Positions 25,161 to 33,572 are shown, counted from the first letter of the stretch. The stretch is 34,130 bases of DNA from a virus (IMGVR_UViG_3300033067_001453:1-34130); one strand, 5' to 3'. Notes: generated from the letters alone by a model not told the origin. Numbers and translations: made by a program.

Positions 25161-25900
25161 ACACACCCACCACACCACCAAAACCACAGCCGGTCGATCT
25201 CATGATCGACATCGAAACCATGGGCAACACTCCAGGTGCCGCCATCCTCTCCATTGGAGCCGTCTTCATCAAGGACGGCAAACTGGGGCATGGATTCTAC
25301 CAGCCTGTTGACCTCCAGAGCTGCCTTGAGAACGGCCTCAAGATGGACGCTGGCACTGTGCAATGGTGGATGAAGCAGTCTGATGAAGCCCGTGAGTCCA
25401 TTACACGGGAGACCGGTGACAACATCATTGCAGTGCTGGCCAACTTCTATGGCTGGGTGACTCAGAATGCCCAAGGCGCTGAAGTTCAGGTGTGGGGCAA
25501 CGCCGCCACGTTCGACGTGGTGCTCATGGAGGAAGCCTTCCGCCGTGTTGGCTATGACATCCCATGGAAGTTCTGGGGCCACAGATGCTACCGTACGCTG
25601 AAAAACCTCTTCCCCGGCGTTCCGAAGCCCGAGTTCACCGGCATCAAGCACCACGCGCTTGACGATGCCAAGTTCCAGGCGCTGCACCTCATCAACATTC
25701 TTGAACACATAAACTGTTTGCAGAACGTGTCTGATTCTGCTACAAACTCACCACAAACCAATGAACAAAAAACACCCGTCGTCCAAAGCCCCGGCTTCGC
25801 TGCCAACCCTGATGCATCAAGCCACGACCCGGCTGAACAAGGCAACCCAGAACCATGTGCGTGCGAAGATCCCGCAGCCGGTGTTCCCGGCACGCCTTGA
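25157..25900 (+). CDS. DEDDh 3'-5' exonuclease (Rv2179c-like)
   Basis: MIDIETMG, WGNAATFD, HHALDDA. Confidence 0.9.
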   Translation: MNTPTTPPKPQPVDLMIDIETMGNTPGAAILSIGAVFIKDGKLGHGFYQPVDLQSCLENGLKMDAGTVQWWMKQSDEARESITRETGDNIIAVLANFYGWVTQNAQGAEVQVWGNAATFDVVLMEEAFRRVGYDIPWKFWGHRCYRTLKNLFPGVPKPEFTGIKHHALDDAKFQALHLINILEHINCLQNVSDSATNSPQTNEQKTPVVQSPGFAANPDASSHDPAEQGNPEPCACEDPAAGVPGTP

Positions 25901-26126
25901 GGTCGTTGTCTCCACAGCCTTTGTCAGGAACAACACCCCGCTTCTGGTCAACTGGCCCACGCTGATCAAGGTGTTCAACGAGTCGGCCCCCACGGCTGAC
26001 CGTCTGCGCAAGCTCATCGTGGCAGAGGTGCAGACCCGCAACAGGCCCACCATGCTCCGCCGCCTCCTGAGCCGCCTGCACATCGTGGAACGGCAGGAGA
26101 TGATGAAGGTGCTCAAGATTAACTGA
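25761..26126 (+). CDS. Hypothetical protein (start uncertain, overlaps exonuclease tail)
   Basis: Codon style of the 3' part matches phage genes. Confidence 0.55.
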   Translation: MNKKHPSSKAPASLPTLMHQATTRLNKATQNHVRAKIPQPVFPARLEVVVSTAFVRNNTPLLVNWPTLIKVFNESAPTADRLRKLIVAEVQTRNRPTMLRRLLSRLHIVERQEMMKVLKIN

Positions 26127-26130
26127 ACAA

Positions 26131-26243
26131 TTGGAAGGCTGGGTTGAGCGGTTGCAAAGGAGAGCCTAACGCTGGTGCGATTCCAGCAGCGATGCCTAGT
26201 CAATAGCGGGATGACAACCCGCCCGCTCAACCCAGCCTTCCAA
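26131..26243 (+). ncRNA. Candidate structured RNA: perfect 21-bp stem enclosing two 5-bp/7-nt hairpins
   Basis: 26131-26151 is the exact reverse complement of 26223-26243; GCTGG-TGCGATT-CCAGC and GCGGG-ATGACAA-CCCGC inside. Confidence 0.6.
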
Positions 26244-26263
26244 AACACAACAAACACACGAAC

Positions 26264-26614
26264 ATGAATCTCAACGAACTCTCAAAAATCGTCCATCAGG
26301 CCAACATCAAATGGTGGCAGGACCCCATCACCAAAGAACCGATCAAACGGAACAAAGGTGAACTTCTGGCGCTGATCCACAGTGAAATCTCCGAATGCCT
26401 TGAGGGCGAACGGAAAGATCTCATGGATGACAAGCTCCCCCACCGCAAAATGGCCGAAGTGGAGCTGGTGGATGCCATCATTCGTATTCTTGATTACGCT
26501 GCCGGGTTCGGCTATGACCTTCAAGGAGCATTTGATGAAAAGATGGCCTTCAATGCTGTGCGTGAAGACCACAAGCATGAAGCCCGGATCATCGCAGGCG
26601 GCAAGCAGTTCTGA
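26264..26614 (+). CDS. MazG-like nucleotide pyrophosphohydrolase
   Basis: LALIHSEISECLEG...EVELVDAIIRILD. Confidence 0.85.
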   Translation: MNLNELSKIVHQANIKWWQDPITKEPIKRNKGELLALIHSEISECLEGERKDLMDDKLPHRKMAEVELVDAIIRILDYAAGFGYDLQGAFDEKMAFNAVREDHKHEARIIAGGKQF

Positions 26615-26619
26615 CCACC

Positions 26620-26973
26620 ATGCCCCCCAAGTTCTACAACCCGGCCAAGCACAAGCCCCGTGAGAAAGCCATCGAGGCTGCCATTGGCCGGTATGCCGTG
26701 AGCAGGGGGTGCCTGTGGTGGAAGTTCACCAGCCCGAACAACCGCTCGGTGCCTGACCGGTGGGTGCTTACCCCCAATGGTGTGGCTGCTCTCATGGAGG
26801 TGAAACGCCCCGGCGAGAAGCTGACAGTCGGACAGGCCCAGAAGATCCAGGACGTGCATGACCGCAACGGGCTTGCCGACTGGACGGACAACGTGGAGAA
26901 GGGCAAACGGATCATCGACGAATGGTGCTCGCTGCCGGGGCCGAGGGATGGCAAACTGGAGGGCGTGTGGTGA
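26620..26973 (+). CDS. VRR-NUC endonuclease; ends DGKLEGVW
   Basis: EKAIE, KFTSP, VPDR, EVKRPG, Q motifs. Confidence 0.9.
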   Translation: MPPKFYNPAKHKPREKAIEAAIGRYAVSRGCLWWKFTSPNNRSVPDRWVLTPNGVAALMEVKRPGEKLTVGQAQKIQDVHDRNGLADWTDNVEKGKRIIDEWCSLPGPRDGKLEGVW

Positions 26974-27908
26974 AACCTCGCATTTCAATATCATTTTCAG
27001 GTGGGCGCACAAGTGCGGTGATGACGAAACTGGTGATCGAAAATCTCGGCCCCACCCATGAGATCAATGTGGTGTTTGCCAACACTGGACAGGAGCACCC
27101 GGCCACATTGGATTTTATCAAGGAGTGTGATGAGCGGCTGGGGTTTGGCACTGTGTGGCTTGAGGCGGTGGTGGACCCCACCATAGGCAACGGCGTCAGG
27201 CACAGGATTGTCACCTATGAAACCGCAAGCAGGGATGGCAGGCCATTCAGGGATTACATTGCCAAGTACGGCATTCCGAACATGGGGAACCCCTCCTGCA
27301 CGGCCCGGCTGAAAGAAAATGTGATGGAAAGTTATCTGCGCAGCATTGGGTGGAAAAATGGGACTTATAAAAAAGCCATTGGCATCCGGGCAGATGAGGC
27401 ACACAGGATGTCAGCCCGTGCGGCTGAGGCCGGGTTCATCTATCCACTTGTGGGCATGGGGTACACCAAGGAAAAAGTGGTGCAGCATGTCAGGTCGTGG
27501 GGGTTTGACCTGACGATTCCCGAGCATCTGGGCAACTGCACGTGGTGCTGGAAGAAGTCATGGCGCAAGCTCCTTACCGTGGCCAAGAACAACCCTGAGT
27601 TCATGGAGTTCCCGGCAAAGATGGAGAAGGAGTTCGGCGGGTTCAAAGTGACACCGGCAACAGCGTCGCCGGACGGACGGAGGAACTTCTTTCGAGGCCA
27701 CAGGACCACCACGGATCTCATGGTAGGCGTGTTGTTCGATGATTTTGAGGAGTTCACCGACAAGCACCACATCCCGTACGACGAGAGATTCGACTTCGGC
27801 GTTGGCTGCGGGGAGTCGTGTGAGGTGGGGTCTGATGAAAGGTATGGCGTGGAGGTGCCCGACGAGGAAGAGATAACCGACGAAGACCTCCTTGCCGACA
27901 TCTGGTAG
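26970..27908 (+). CDS. PAPS reductase-family (PP-loop) protein; ends EDLLADIW
   Basis: SFSGGRTS, ANTGQEH, CTARLK, GIRADE, GNCTWC; GTG start overlapping VRR-NUC stop. Confidence 0.85.
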   Translation: MKPRISISFSGGRTSAVMTKLVIENLGPTHEINVVFANTGQEHPATLDFIKECDERLGFGTVWLEAVVDPTIGNGVRHRIVTYETASRDGRPFRDYIAKYGIPNMGNPSCTARLKENVMESYLRSIGWKNGTYKKAIGIRADEAHRMSARAAEAGFIYPLVGMGYTKEKVVQHVRSWGFDLTIPEHLGNCTWCWKKSWRKLLTVAKNNPEFMEFPAKMEKEFGGFKVTPATASPDGRRNFFRGHRTTTDLMVGVLFDDFEEFTDKHHIPYDERFDFGVGCGESCEVGSDERYGVEVPDEEEITDEDLLADIW

Positions 27909-27914
27909 TCCTGC

Positions 27915-28127
27915 ATGCACTACTCCCCGTCAGAACCCCAGCGGCTGGCCCGCAGTCACCTGCTGGCGCACCCAGACACGTTTCTGCTCATGGGGATGGG
28001 CCTTGGCAAGACGGCCACCATCATTGACCACCTTGATACCCTGCTGCTCACCGGAGAGGCCAGAGCCATGCTGGTGCTCGCTGCCGGGGCCGAGGGATGG
28101 CAAACTGGAGGGCGTGTGGTGAGATGA
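27915..28127 (+). pseudogene. Truncated duplicate of the SNF2 helicase 5' end fused to a duplicate of the VRR-NUC 3' end
   Basis: 27915-28076 matches 28843-29004 (159/162); 28072-28122 matches 26923-26973 (51/51). Confidence 0.9.
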
Positions 28128-28843
28128 ATATTCAACTGATATTTGGTGAATGCCTTGAGTACATGCAGGAAATAAAAACCGGCAGCGTGGACATGGTGAT
28201 GGCTGATTTACCTTATGGCACGACTGCCTGCAAATGGGATGCAGTGATTCCCTTTGCCCCGCTGTGGGATCAATACCGGCGCGTGTGCAAAAAGAATGCG
28301 GCTATTGTGCTCACTGCGAGCCAGCCGTTCACAAGTGCTTTGGTAATGAGCCAGATCGAATTGTTTAAATACAGTTGGACGTGGGCAAAGACAAATTGCA
28401 CTGGATTCGCGAATGCGAAAAAACAGCCGCTTCGACAAATCGAGGATGTTCTAATTTTCTACACTGGTCAGCCGACGTATAATCCTCAGGGCGTGACGAA
28501 ACTCTCTTCTGGTAGAGTGCGGACAAAAGAAACAGGCGACGTTATGGGTCGAACAGGGTTTAAAGATGGTTACGTTCAAGAGGTAACAAATTACCCTAAA
28601 AACCTTCTCCAGATACCCTCAGAAAGAGGGTATCACCCGACTCAAAAGCCCGTCGCCCTAATGGAATACCTCATCCGCACCTACACCAACGAAGGCGAGA
28701 CGGTGCTCGATAATACCATGGGCAGCGGCACAACTGGGGTGGCCTGCATCAACACAGGGCGCAATTTCATCGGCATCGAGCGCGACCCCGAGTACTTCAA
28801 GATCGCACAAAGCCGGTGTGATCCTCTCGCTGGTATCTGGTGA
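28124..28843 (+). CDS. N6-adenine/N4-cytosine DNA methyltransferase (beta class); ends CDPLAGIW
   Basis: DLPYG catalytic motif before HPTQKP and LDNTMGSGTTG SAM-binding motif. Confidence 0.92.
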   Translation: MNIQLIFGECLEYMQEIKTGSVDMVMADLPYGTTACKWDAVIPFAPLWDQYRRVCKKNAAIVLTASQPFTSALVMSQIELFKYSWTWAKTNCTGFANAKKQPLRQIEDVLIFYTGQPTYNPQGVTKLSSGRVRTKETGDVMGRTGFKDGYVQEVTNYPKNLLQIPSERGYHPTQKPVALMEYLIRTYTNEGETVLDNTMGSGTTGVACINTGRNFIGIERDPEYFKIAQSRCDPLAGIW

Positions 28844-30270
28844 TGCGCTACTCCCCGTCAGAACCTCAACGGCTGGCCCGCAGTCACCTGCTGGCGCACC
28901 CAGACACGTTTCTGCTCATGGGGATGGGCCTTGGCAAGACGGCCACCATCATTGACCACCTTGATACCCTGCTGCTCACCGGAGAGGCCAGAGCCATGCT
29001 GGTGATCGCACCGCTGGCCGTGTGCAACCTGACATGGCCCAACGAAGTGGCCAAGTTCGAGCAGTTCCGTCAGATGAGGATTGCTGATCTGCGCACTGAG
29101 GAAGGCCAGAAGCAGTTCACCAATGGCACGGCTCACATCTACACGGTCAACTGGGAGTCCCTGCCCACCGTGGCCGTGCTGCTGGCCAAGCAGAAGTCAC
29201 TGGCCGTGCCTTACGACATGGTGGTGTTTGACGAATCAACAAAAAGCAAAAGCAGTAAATCTATTAGGTCAGCCATCTACCGCGAATACTGCCCCCGTGT
29301 CGCCCGGCAGATCGCGATGACCGGCACCCCAGCCCCCAACAGTGAGGCCGACCTGTGGGGACAGATGATGATGGTGGATGGTGGCAAACGGCTCGGCCCC
29401 AGCTTCAGCAACTTCCAAAAGACTTATTTCAAACCCACTGACTTTCGCAAATACAAGTGGGTGCTCAAGGACGGTGCCGGGGAGCGAATTTATAAACGGA
29501 TCAGTGATGTCACCCTGACGTTGAGGACCAGCGATTGGCTCGATCTGCCGGACACCGTGGTCAACGACGTTGAGGTTGATCTGGGTTCTGCGTTAATGTC
29601 ACAATACCGTCTGTTTGAGGACGAGCTTGTGACCCAGATCCGTGACAAGGTGATCACAGCCCCCAATGCTGCCGCGCTCATCACGAAGCTCATGCAGTTC
29701 ACCAGTGGAGCCACGTACGACGAGGAGAAGCTGGTGCATGAGATCCATGACAAGAAAGTGCGGGCGCTGGTGGAGACGGTCAGGAAGATTGACGGTCCCA
29801 CGCTCATTGGCTACGCCTACCAGCACGAGGTTGACCGGTTGAGGAAGGCGCTGCCCAAGGCGGAGTTCTTCTCCGACTACAAGAACAAGGCGGCACAGGT
29901 GCAGATGCTGGCACGGTGGAACGCGGGCAAGATCCCACAGCTCGTCGCCCACCCGGCCTCGATGGCACACGGCCTCAACATGCAGGACGGCGGATGCAAC
30001 CTTGTGTGGTATTCCCAGACTTACAGCCGGGAGAAGTCCGAGCAGATGCTGGGCCGTCTGTTCCGGCGCGGCCAGCGGAACGAAGTCAACCTGTGGCGGC
30101 TCATGTGCCCCGGCACCGTGGACTACGCCGTGGCTCTGGCCCTGGAGAACAAGGCTGCCAGCGAGAACACCCTGCTGACTGCACTGCAAAGCCTTGAGGC
30201 GTTCCGCCGTGGTGGCGGTGTGGTTGAGATTGGAGATGACTCGGATTTGATGGAGGATGAATATGAGTGA
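28843..30270 (+). CDS. SNF2-family helicase
   Basis: MGLGKT, FDES, TGTP, HGLNMQ, QMLGRLFRRGQ. Confidence 0.92.
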   Translation: MRYSPSEPQRLARSHLLAHPDTFLLMGMGLGKTATIIDHLDTLLLTGEARAMLVIAPLAVCNLTWPNEVAKFEQFRQMRIADLRTEEGQKQFTNGTAHIYTVNWESLPTVAVLLAKQKSLAVPYDMVVFDESTKSKSSKSIRSAIYREYCPRVARQIAMTGTPAPNSEADLWGQMMMVDGGKRLGPSFSNFQKTYFKPTDFRKYKWVLKDGAGERIYKRISDVTLTLRTSDWLDLPDTVVNDVEVDLGSALMSQYRLFEDELVTQIRDKVITAPNAAALITKLMQFTSGATYDEEKLVHEIHDKKVRALVETVRKIDGPTLIGYAYQHEVDRLRKALPKAEFFSDYKNKAAQVQMLARWNAGKIPQLVAHPASMAHGLNMQDGGCNLVWYSQTYSREKSEQMLGRLFRRGQRNEVNLWRLMCPGTVDYAVALALENKAASENTLLTALQSLEAFRRGGGVVEIGDDSDLMEDEYE

Positions 30271-30565
30271 ACCGAACCCATCTGAGTGGAAGCCAGACTA
30301 CTCAGTCACCCCTCGGCGCATCGTCTGCGCTGCAAACCGAAACCGTCAATCTGGGCGCATTATTTGTGGCGCCCGCCATTGGGATGCTGTTATGCGTTCA
30401 CAAGTTAAAGCCGATGAAGGTTTTACGGGGTGGGATCAAGGTTTCATTGACCAGTTTGGTGGCTTTTTGAATCGTCAAGAAGCTTGGGTGGTTGCAGCCG
30501 ATCAAGACCAAATTCGCAAGCTTGTATCAACCACAGGAACACTTTACAGCGAAAATTTATACTGA
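30263..30565 (+). CDS. Conserved-type phage hypothetical protein
   Basis: IVCAANR...GARHWD...QGFIDQFG..LNRQEA...LYSENLY. Confidence 0.75.
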   Translation: MSEPNPSEWKPDYSVTPRRIVCAANRNRQSGRIICGARHWDAVMRSQVKADEGFTGWDQGFIDQFGGFLNRQEAWVVAADQDQIRKLVSTTGTLYSENLY

Positions 30566-31056
30566 TGAAACCCCCTCGCATCACCAGCCTCAAAATCGTC
30601 CAGACCCCGCTCCCGTTGACTGGTGAGTCCACCATGTTTAATCCGCTCGCCACACAGGTCGGTGGGCAGCACTACAAGAACATGCCGATCCAGCCGGTGG
30701 AGTTCAGCGAGCGCAACCAGTTGCCCTACTGCATGGCCAACGTGATCAAGTATGTCAGCCGCCACCGGGCCAAGCACGGGCGTGAAGACCTTGAGAAGGC
30801 CATCCACTATTGTGACCTCGGCCTGTCCATGTACGAGCAGACCAAGACCGCCTGGCGCACCCAAGACTCGGACTGGGCCATCACGCCTCTGCGGTTCTGT
30901 CAGGAAAACAAGTTCGACGCCCCCACCACCAAGGCCGTGATCCACCTATGCAGCGTGTTCAGCCGTGGCAGCATGGGGTACCTTGAAGCCAAGCAGGTGC
31001 TTGAGGACATCCTTATGACGGATTACCCACCGCTGCGGGCTAGCAGGAGGAGATGA
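30565..31056 (+). CDS. DUF3310 (SaV-like) protein
   Basis: QVGGQHY...IQPVEF...NVIKYVSR...EDLEKAIHY. Confidence 0.85.
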   Translation: MKPPRITSLKIVQTPLPLTGESTMFNPLATQVGGQHYKNMPIQPVEFSERNQLPYCMANVIKYVSRHRAKHGREDLEKAIHYCDLGLSMYEQTKTAWRTQDSDWAITPLRFCQENKFDAPTTKAVIHLCSVFSRGSMGYLEAKQVLEDILMTDYPPLRASRRR

Positions 31057-31606
31057 ACTGGCGCAGATCTTCCACCCGATTCACCCACCCCCGGCCATAT
31101 CGAGGGAACTGGCGCAGCCGGGTGTAGTAGGTCTTCCGACGTTCGAGCATGGCCAAGGCCGCGTGCAATGGATTGCCCACAGCGGATGCAGAAGCCAATG
31201 TCTTGGAGCCGACTTTGCCATCCACAGTGGCCCCCACGACAGCCTGAAGCATTTTGGCACTGGGGACCACGCCAATGTTCACAGTGCCGTCGAAATGACA
31301 AATGGCCAGAGCTTCGGGCAGGGCATCCCCATGAGCGCGTTTCCACTCATCGTTGTGGTAGCTCTGCACAGCCTCTTCGAGTGTCAGGTTCTCGATGTCC
31401 AACAGGGGATGGGAAGCTTGGTCAATGCCCCACTTGGTGGTTCCACCGCTGTCCTTGGGGTCGTGCTCCGTTTTGACGGTGCCATCAGGGTGATACTCGT
31501 TCTCGTGTGCCAAAACGAACAGGAGAGCCCGCTGGAAAGCTTCGCTGTATGGCTTGATGGCATCAAACCACCCCGGCAATGCTTGAACTCGCTGATAATC
31601 GTTCAT
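31040..31606 (-). CDS. Endolysin, glycoside hydrolase family 108
   Basis: HE..Y...DPKDSGGTTKWGI, FDGTVNIG, VDGKVGSKT, YGRGWVNRV; ATG 31606 overlaps upstream stop. Confidence 0.88.
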   Translation of the reverse strand: MNDYQRVQALPGWFDAIKPYSEAFQRALLFVLAHENEYHPDGTVKTEHDPKDSGGTTKWGIDQASHPLLDIENLTLEEAVQSYHNDEWKRAHGDALPEALAICHFDGTVNIGVVPSAKMLQAVVGATVDGKVGSKTLASASAVGNPLHAALAMLERRKTYYTRLRQFPRYGRGWVNRVEDLRQFISSC

Positions 31607-31833
31607 GGCTGGACCTTTCCGACTGGATTCTTGGCGCTGGTGACGGGCAGATGGTTCTTGACGGCTTGAGCGCCCCCGGCCAACGCGGCTCCCTGCCATG
31701 ACCCAGTGGCCAGTCCACCGGCCAGCGCAGCCGCGCCATCCTTAACAAGGTTGGCTTCGAGTGTGGCCTTCTGATCAGCCGTGAGGCCGCAGGAGGTGAG
31801 AGCCAGTGTGGCGATGAGGAGAATGGGTTTCAT
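31603..31833 (-). CDS. Small lipoprotein (possible spanin component)
   Basis: MKPILLIATLALTSC lipobox; beside endolysin. Confidence 0.65.
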   Translation of the reverse strand: MKPILLIATLALTSCGLTADQKATLEANLVKDGAAALAGGLATGSWQGAALAGGAQAVKNHLPVTSAKNPVGKVQP

Positions 31834-32471
31834 GGTGTGGAGTGTTTCTGGTCTTGGGCGTCGTTCTCGATGATACTTCTCATGGTGCGCTCGAAGATCT
31901 GGCCTTCAGTGAACCACGTAGAGTGATTATATGTGTGGTTGCTGTGATCGAACACACGTCCTGGCCATCTGGCGGCAAACTCACCTCCACGAAGGCCCAT
32001 TGATCCATATCCAAGGCCAGCCCAGCCTCCGAGAATACGAGTGACTTTGGCAAACTGGAGAGCCTTGTCATTAAGGCTGCCATAGATGTGAACACGGCCT
32101 ACCACATCACTGATGATGGCGTCCTCGAAGTCAGACTCTTGGGCAGCCGGGGCGAACAGGTGGCACGAGGCAACCACAGTGCCGATGTCCCGCAGCAACC
32201 GTGCAATGATGTCAGCGCCGTTCGAGTGGCCCACCAGCACCACACGGTATCCAGCTTGTGTGGCTCGTGACACTTTCCGTGCCAGCTCATCAGTGCGTTT
32301 CCGCTGGCCGATGAACCGTGTCACGGCAGTCGTGTAGTACTCACGCCGGTCTGCGCTTACACCATCAGGTGTGCGAAAGTTGATGTAATCACAGAACCGC
32401 TCCGGCCAGCCTTGAGCGTCACCGGGATGAAACCGGATGCCATTAATGGCCAAGAAAAAAGTCCTGCTCAT
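31830..32471 (-). CDS. Alpha/beta hydrolase (esterase/lipase-like)
   Basis: LVGHSNG nucleophile elbow, NDKAL, C-terminal HSTWF; ATG 32471 overlaps upstream stop. Confidence 0.8.
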   Translation of the reverse strand: MSRTFFLAINGIRFHPGDAQGWPERFCDYINFRTPDGVSADRREYYTTAVTRFIGQRKRTDELARKVSRATQAGYRVVLVGHSNGADIIARLLRDIGTVVASCHLFAPAAQESDFEDAIISDVVGRVHIYGSLNDKALQFAKVTRILGGWAGLGYGSMGLRGGEFAARWPGRVFDHSNHTYNHSTWFTEGQIFERTMRSIIENDAQDQKHSTP

Positions 32472-32764
32472 GATGGCAGCCTCCAATGCACATAGAGGAT
32501 GAACCCCAGCACATTCATCACCCACACGGCCACAATGATGATCCACCTGTCCTCAAGGGACCGAATACGCGTTGAATGAGACTCTTGATTGGCTCGAATT
32601 TGAGGCAGTTCGTTCGTGTTGAGTTTGACTGTGGCAATCTCACTGGTCAGCGTTTTGAGGGACGCCCGGACTTCCTCATGCCACCGGGCCACTGCATCAG
32701 CCTTCTCTTTGAGAAGGACGGCATTGGCCAGCTTCAGTTCGGCGGCTTCTTCTTCGGGTGTCAT
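32468..32764 (-). CDS. Holin-like protein (coiled coil plus C-terminal TM helix)
   Basis: RIRSLEDRW followed by IIIVAVWVMNVLGFILYV; position in lysis cassette. Confidence 0.55.
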   Translation of the reverse strand: MTPEEEAAELKLANAVLLKEKADAVARWHEEVRASLKTLTSEIATVKLNTNELPQIRANQESHSTRIRSLEDRWIIIVAVWVMNVLGFILYVHWRLPS

Positions 32765-32991
32765 TTTTTGGCGTGTTCGATCAGTTTTTCGTCGGCTTCC
32801 CGCACTGCTTTTGACGCTTTCTCCAAGCGCAGATCAGCAGCACAAGCTTCTTCCATGAACTTATCGACCACGCATCGGGCTGGCGCTTTGGTCTCCTCCT
32901 CTTGAGCCTTGATGACCACTGATGGTGCTGGCCTGATGGACGCAGCCAGCTTCTGGTCGTCATGAGGGATGGAGAAGAACGTTGTGACCAT
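32761..32991 (-). CDS. Hypothetical protein
   Basis: ATGA overlap. Confidence 0.55.
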   Translation of the reverse strand: MVTTFFSIPHDDQKLAASIRPAPSVVIKAQEEETKAPARCVVDKFMEEACAADLRLEKASKAVREADEKLIEHAKK

Positions 32992-32994
32992 GGC

Positions 32995-33294
32995 TCATTG
33001 CTCGAACCCGAGCTGTTGAAGGATGGAAAAAGTGAACCGGCTGGGCGGCAGTTTGGAAGCATGCATTTTCATGGCTTCCTTCAAAAGATCCCGTGATTTC
33101 TCTGGGACGCTGATCTCGCGTGAGTTTTCATCCACCCACCCTGGTTTGTCTTCCACCTTTTCCGGGGCGGCAATCAAGGCCACCAACTCGGCAGCTCTCA
33201 TCACATCTGAAGGTGTCTTGAAAGTATCAGGGATATGCATGATCGAGTGGATCAGGCATGCAGTACCGTTGGTGAGCTTTAGAGGGTGATTCAT
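32995..33294 (-). CDS. Hypothetical protein
   Basis: ATGA overlap with upstream gene. Confidence 0.65.
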   Translation of the reverse strand: MNHPLKLTNGTACLIHSIMHIPDTFKTPSDVMRAAELVALIAAPEKVEDKPGWVDENSREISVPEKSRDLLKEAMKMHASKLPPSRFTFSILQQLGFEQ

Positions 33295-33569
33295 GAGAGC
33301 ACACTTTTAACAGCAGCCTCAACCGTGTCAAGCTTGTCCGGCTGGGCCATGACAGCAGCACCGAGTGCCATCAGACGCTCATTCGCGGCCATGGCCAGTC
33401 GGTCAGCCTCTTGTTTCGCCGCCACATAACCCGCCGTTTCCTCGTCGCGAAAGATCTGAGCAAACGTTTTGATGTCAACAGGCGGCTGCCCGCTGCCAAC
33501 GTTGAACTGGTCAACGCGCAATTGCCATGCTGGGAGGGCTTCGTCGGGGATGTAGGTGGTGATTTGCAT
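33291..33569 (-). CDS. Hypothetical protein (tail-fibre-associated position)
   Basis: Directly after the fibre gene. Confidence 0.65.
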   Translation of the reverse strand: MQITTYIPDEALPAWQLRVDQFNVGSGQPPVDIKTFAQIFRDEETAGYVAAKQEADRLAMAANERLMALGAAVMAQPDKLDTVEAAVKSVLS

Positions 33570-33572
33570 AGG

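Noticed and set aside
25865-25900. EDPAAGVPGTP end of the exonuclease, and internal NPADVF (DUF2800) and DPKSVF (SSB), as more tag copies
   Set aside because: They lack the terminal aromatic residue or are not at the C-terminus; possible degenerate copies but not counted
26131-26243. tRNA gene
   Set aside because: The T-arm-like hairpin is in the wrong position, there is no D or anticodon arm arrangement, and the closing stem is 21 bp
27892-28122. ORF ending DGKLEGVW as an independent tagged protein
   Set aside because: It is the duplicated VRR-NUC 3' end read through the recombination scar
143-28843. Tag as an outer-membrane beta-barrel (BAM) signal or a DNA recombination site
   Set aside because: The carriers are cytoplasmic proteins without signal peptides, and third codon positions vary freely
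30562-30572. Other CTGATGA/CTGACGA hits (2161, 17440, 25380, 27832, 30562) as hammerheads
   Set aside because: They lie inside coding sequence and I could not build the flanking stems with a GAAA partner
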